A DNA stretch of 21,078 nucleotides. Source: a bacterium. GTDB lineage: Bacteria > Zhuqueibacterota > Zhuqueibacteria > Residuimicrobiales > Krinioviventaceae. The stretch lies in the NCBI GenBank assembly GCA_963674595.2, contig CAXXFV010000030.1, positions 1 through 21,078 of the forward strand, given 5' to 3'. The position numbers were made by a program, and so were the translations under genes. Positions 16,675 to 21,078 of the stretch are shown here, piece by piece; position 1 is the stretch's first letter; every line of letters begins with the position of its first letter. The notes beneath the pieces are model-generated. The model made no database searches. It saw nothing but the letters and a program-made list of their open reading frames with translations, and was not told the DNA's origin.

Positions 16675-19587
16675 TTATTTGATTAAGGTCATTTTTTTAA
16701 CTTTAATGCCAAATTGGCTTTCAAGGCGATACAAGTAGACACCACTGGATAGCATATTACCCATATCATCCGTACCGTTCCAGGCAATCGTATGATTTCC
16801 GGCAGAAACGGTTCTGTCTACAAGTGTACGAACTTTTTGTCCGAGCATGTTGTAAATAGCAACATTAACTTTGGATGCTTTTGGTGTGGTAAACTTGATT
16901 GTGGTGGTCGGGTTAAATGGATTTGGATAATTGTTGAAAAGTTCAAACTTTTCAGCAACCATTTCACGATCATTAACACCTGTTACTGTTGTATATTCAA
17001 CCTCACCGCGTGTGGTAACCTCAACAGCCCAGTCATCGATTGGTGTTTCAATCATTGGAGCAATACCCCAGACAGAGCCGGGTTGGAAATTATCCGTACC
17101 AAAGAAAACCATTAATGGTTCCAGATCCATAGCCAGTTCAAGGAAATCATAACCCCAACCATGACCTACGTAAAACATGCTGGTTGAATCATTCATAAAA
17201 GCTTCTACTTCACTGCCGGCAATGGTCAGATAGCCGTCATATTTTCGTGCTTTAGATGTATCCGGATTTGTGATTTCAACACCTGCGATAGCCAAAGTGC
17301 GATCATCATCGATTTCCCAGTTATTTTGTGACCAGTCATACCATTCATAGGCAATGTATTTTACGACAGGTTCTTCAGAACCATCAACTGGTGTCCATTC
17401 ATAATCACAACCCCACATAACAGCGGCTTCTGCACCAACAGGATCAATAACGATGCTTGGATCATTGAGACTGTTCAAAAATCCGGCCGGTGTATAATGT
17501 GCTTCATAGAAGAACATGTTTACACCGGTTGTGGCGTCATTGTCAAGATCGATGCCCAAATGATAATAACCTCGATGTCTAACTTTCATAACACCACTCT
17601 GGTCTTCAATCACAGCATTGTTGGGCCATGCAGGACCAGCCCAGAAAATAAATTGTGTATACAACACATCATTTTCTACGACAGCTTTGACTTGTTTAAT
17701 ATCAACAATATCGTTGACGGCAGCTTTAACATCGGCCGGATATGAGCCTGGGGTGTTGTCCGGTGCGTCAATTGCAACGGGAATGTTTGTCCAGTCAAAG
17801 TCTTTTGCATCCATTATAAAAGATCGTGTTACAGCAGCGCCCGGATAAGCAACTTCACCACGAGTTGTAACATCAACGGCCCAGTCATCAATGGGGGTTT
17901 CAATCATTGGGGTAATTCCAAAAACAGCGCCGGGTGTAAACAGTTCTTGTCCGAAATAGGCAATAAACGGATCAAGGTCCATACCGAGTTCCAGAAAATC
18001 ATAACCAAAAGCGGAACCTGCAAAGAAAATAGAAGTGGAATCATCTTTGTAAAGGTCAACTTCTGATCCGGCGATCAACATATCACCATACCACATCATG
18101 GCTTTGTCTGTATCAGGATAAGGTGCTTCAACAGCGGCAATTGCCAATGTTCGGTCGTCATCAATTTCCCAGTTGTTTTGTGACCAGTCATACCATTCAT
18201 AGGCAATGTATTTTACGACAGGTTCTTCGGAACCATCAACTGGTGTCCATTCATAATCACAACCCCACATAATAGCGGCTTCCGCGCCAACAGGATCAAT
18301 AACGATGTTTGGATCATTGAGACTGTTTAAAAATCCGGCCGGAGTATAATGTGCTTCATAGTAGAACATGTTTACACCGGTTGTAGCGTCATTGTCAAGA
18401 TCAATACCCAGGTGATAATAACCTCGATGTCTAACTTTCATAACACCACTTTGATCTTCAATCACAGCATTGTTGGGCCAGACCGGGCCGCCCCAAAATT
18501 TGAGCTGTGTATAAAGAACATCGTCTTCAATCATTGCTTTTACTTGTTTAACATCAACGATATCATTGACGGCGGCTTTAACATCAGCAGGATAAGAACC
18601 GGGTGTGTTGTCCGGTGCGTCGATAGCTACCGGGATATCGTTCCAATCATTTTCCAAACCATCAAAGACAATGGGTCTTTGAAGAGCCGGACCAGGATAG
18701 GTAACTTCACCACGGGTTGTCACATCAACGGCCCAGTCATCAATGGGGGTTTCAATCATTGGTGTAATGCCAAAAACAGCACCAGGGATGAAATTTGCAT
18801 CGCCAAAGTATGCCATAAACGGACGAAGATCCATACCAATTTCTATAAAATCGAATCCCCACCCTGAACCGGCAAAAAATGTGGATGTGGAATCATCTTT
18901 AAAAACATCAACTTCACTACCGGCTAACGTTTTAATACCAACCCATGCACGAGCATCGGTCGTATCCGGATCATCAACTTCGACACCGGCAATCATCAAA
19001 GTACGATCATCATCAATTTCCCAGTTATTTTGTGACCAGTCATACCACTCATAGGAAATGTATTTTACAACAGGTTCTTCGGAACCATCAACTGGTGTCC
19101 ATTCATAATCACAACCCCACATAATAGCGGCTTCCGCTCCAACAGGATCAATAACGATGCTTGGATCATTGAGACTGTTCAAAAATCCGGCCGGAGTATA
19201 ATGTGCTTCATAGAAGAACATGTTTACACCGGTTGTGGCGTCATTGTCAAGGTCAATACCCAGGTGATAATAACCTCGATGTCTAACTTTCATAACACCA
19301 CTTTGGTCTTCAATCACAGCACTGTTTGGCCATGCAGGGCCACCCCAGAACTTGATTTGAGTATAAAGAATGTCATTTTCAATAACGGCTTTAACTTCTT
19401 TAACATCAACGATATCATTGACGGCGGCTTTAACATCAGCAGGGTAAGAACCGGGTGTGTTGTCCGGTGCCTGGATTGCGACTGGAATGTTTGCCCAATC
19501 TGTTTCTGCTGCATCCAAAAATATTTGTGAGAACACAGCAGGAGACATAACAAAGATTAAAATTAACAACAATGCGACTTTTTTCAT
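16675..19587 (-). CDS. Secreted acidic protein: signal peptide, three 284-aa repeats (possibly DOMON/CBM9-like) and a 97-aa FlgD-Ig/T9SS-type C-terminal domain
   Basis: MKKVALLLILIFVMSPAVFS signal peptide and a strong AAGGAGG ribosome site. Lengths sum exactly: 21+3x284+97=970. C-terminal domain FELFNNYPNPFNP...SSGVYLYRL...KKMTLIK. The fold guess rests on the D.....DW, D.LY, IDLDND..TG and terminal E..MDL motifs only. Confidence 0.85.
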   Translation of the reverse strand: MKKVALLLILIFVMSPAVFSQIFLDAAETDWANIPVAIQAPDNTPGSYPADVKAAVNDIVDVKEVKAVIENDILYTQIKFWGGPAWPNSAVIEDQSGVMKVRHRGYYHLGIDLDNDATTGVNMFFYEAHYTPAGFLNSLNDPSIVIDPVGAEAAIMWGCDYEWTPVDGSEEPVVKYISYEWYDWSQNNWEIDDDRTLMIAGVEVDDPDTTDARAWVGIKTLAGSEVDVFKDDSTSTFFAGSGWGFDFIEIGMDLRPFMAYFGDANFIPGAVFGITPMIETPIDDWAVDVTTRGEVTYPGPALQRPIVFDGLENDWNDIPVAIDAPDNTPGSYPADVKAAVNDIVDVKQVKAMIEDDVLYTQLKFWGGPVWPNNAVIEDQSGVMKVRHRGYYHLGIDLDNDATTGVNMFYYEAHYTPAGFLNSLNDPNIVIDPVGAEAAIMWGCDYEWTPVDGSEEPVVKYIAYEWYDWSQNNWEIDDDRTLAIAAVEAPYPDTDKAMMWYGDMLIAGSEVDLYKDDSTSIFFAGSAFGYDFLELGMDLDPFIAYFGQELFTPGAVFGITPMIETPIDDWAVDVTTRGEVAYPGAAVTRSFIMDAKDFDWTNIPVAIDAPDNTPGSYPADVKAAVNDIVDIKQVKAVVENDVLYTQFIFWAGPAWPNNAVIEDQSGVMKVRHRGYYHLGIDLDNDATTGVNMFFYEAHYTPAGFLNSLNDPSIVIDPVGAEAAVMWGCDYEWTPVDGSEEPVVKYIAYEWYDWSQNNWEIDDDRTLAIAGVEITNPDTSKARKYDGYLTIAGSEVEAFMNDSTSMFYVGHGWGYDFLELAMDLEPLMVFFGTDNFQPGSVWGIAPMIETPIDDWAVEVTTRGEVEYTTVTGVNDREMVAEKFELFNNYPNPFNPTTTIKFTTPKASKVNVAIYNMLGQKVRTLVDRTVSAGNHTIAWNGTDDMGNMLSSGVYLYRLESQFGIKVKKMTLIK
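16969..19524 (-). repeat. Three tandem 852-bp intragenic repeats
   Basis: The anchor ATTTCCCAG recurs at 17312, 18164 and 19016, a spacing of 852 and 852. Protein copies begin IFLDAAETDW, IVFDGLENDW and FIMDAKDFDW. Confidence 0.95.
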
Positions 19588-19735
19588 TGGATCCTCCTTG
19601 AATTAATTTACATTAACTTTTTAAAGAAACAATTTTTAAAATTGGCCTCCTTTCTTTTTCAATATTACTGTTCATATTGTATTTTAAAAAGTAAAGTACA
19701 TTAATTGGAATTCATGCTTCAAATGTGTTCATTAT

Positions 19736-21078
19736 TTATTGACTGACCCATTGAGGGTCAACAGTTGGTGTTATTGCTCTGCCTGTAAAGCTTTTCCGAA
19801 GGAAAAAAGAAATCTGTTGAGATTTCGGCGAGACATCCAGTTGAATTGTATCCAGTACTGCGGTGTTAATCCAAATTTTATATCCGGCTTTTAATTTTTC
19901 AATTTCGGCTTCCAGTTTTTGTCTCTGTTTTTCATGGACCAAAGCTGTATAAACTTCATCTTTATATTTATAAAAACGGGTTGTATCCACATCTGCAATG
20001 TCAAGTTCACGCCATCTGTTTTTAAAATAATCTTTCATTTCTTCATCAGTTACATCAATACCGTCAAGCAGGTCTAATCGATAGGCATTATAGGTCCATT
20101 TTTTTCTCCCAAACGCGTAAATCTTCTTGCACCTGAAAAGAATCTGCAAAACCTTCTTTTTCGGAAACGGAGATAAAAACATCATTTTTTACCATAGTGC
20201 CGATTTCCGTTATTAATCTGCTTTTAAAATCAGGATATGATTGGCTCTGTTTCAGGTTTTTGCGGTAATAATTCATATAATTCAAAAAGTCCTGTACAGT
20301 TTTATTGCCATTATTCATGGTAACAAGCGTCTTTTTTGAAAGTTTATGAATCACTTTAAGATAATCCTTGGAAGTATCTGCTACACTTTTTACCGTGGCG
20401 CTTAAAGATGTTGCGGGTAAACCATCCTGAATCCATTGAAAAAGCGCCGGAGCTAATTCTTCGACAATTTCACCTTTAACACGCACGTTCATAGGTGTTA
20501 TCAATGAATCCATAAGCTGATGCACAATCTCATCTGCCTTAATATTATGAAGACGTTTCTGAATTTTTTTTCGCTGTACACCAAATTTTAATTCATCTTG
20601 TGTTATACCTTTCATTTGAAGACCCAAAATTTGAACAATTGCCCACCCATCTCCCCATGGTATGGGTTCCGATGGACGATGCAATTCCAGGTCTTGAATG
20701 AGTGCAAAAGTTTCAGTCGGCATACCTAAATAATCGACCCAGTCTGTTTCATAAAAACTTTTTTGCTCTAAAGGTATTTCCTTTCTTTTTAATTGGTTTT
20801 CAACATAATCATTCAAATCTGTTTTACTTGCTTCCTGAAATGCCTTTTTGGCCCCATCCAATGTGGGCATGGGCCAAATAAGCATTCGGAACTTGACGGT
20901 TGCTTTTTTAGTAGCTTCCTGAATTTCTTGTTCAGGAATATCAACTTTATTATGAACGTGCGTTATATAAAACGATTCCAGCAAATTGTTATATAACTTT
21001 TGACTCATACGACTTTTAACATAATAACTTTTGTTATATCCTTGTTTAAATCCTTCAGCAGCAAGAACAAGTTCGTTG
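19736..21078 (-). CDS. SurA/parvulin-like chaperone, 5'-truncated by the window edge and split by a single-base frameshift at about 20099-20105 (joins ORFs 20088..21008 and 19736..20185)
   Basis: The frame is open from the window edge (NELVLAAEGFKQGYNKSYYVKSRMSQ...). It contains KVDIPEQEIQE, a degenerate parvulin segment (PSEPIPWGDGWAIVQI), then IDVTDEEMKDYF and LKAGYKIWINTAVL. Removing one A from the A7 run gives a continuous VWEKKWTYNAYR. Confidence 0.7.

Noticed and set aside
16969-19524. 852-bp repeats as DGR template/variable regions or a CRISPR array
   Set aside because: All copies are in-frame parts of one ORF, differences are not adenine-specific, there is no repeat-spacer pattern, and no reverse transcriptase or cas gene is in the window.
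17497-19530. Three similar plus-strand ORFs starting MCFI (17497, 18349, 19201)
   Set aside because: They are antisense shadows of the 852-bp repeat with inconsistent lengths and no independent coding signals.
20088-20185. MMFLSPF start for a separate 149-aa gene
   Set aside because: This N-terminus is an out-of-frame overlap with the upstream ORF; a single frameshifted gene explains it better.

Overview
An AT-rich bacterial window in which every credible gene lies on the minus strand. The FlgD-Ig/T9SS-type C-terminal domains (NYPNPFNP), Shine-Dalgarno ribosome sites and sigma70-like promoters suggest a non-Bacteroidia FCB lineage such as KSB1 or Calditrichota; this placement is inference. 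In transcription order (right to left) the window holds: (1) a secretion/surface block with a truncated, frameshifted SurA/parvulin-like gene, a secreted acidic protein with three exact-period 284-aa repeats, a second parvulin-like lipoprotein that is also apparently frameshifted, and a 2399-aa C10 (streptopain-like) protease carrying four Ig + beta-helix modules; (2) dusB, probably leaderless; (3) a tight cluster of a cDPGS-like P-loop enzyme resembling arginine synthetase ArcE, carbamate kinase, a four-subunit 2-oxoacid:ferredoxin oxidoreductase and ndk; (4) the conserved yceD-rpmF-plsX block. The leading candidates for new biology are the ArcE-ArcC-Kor-Ndk energy-conserving amino-acid catabolism operon and the repeat protein flanked by two degenerate parvulin chaperones. 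I saw no CRISPR array, RNA gene or mobile element.
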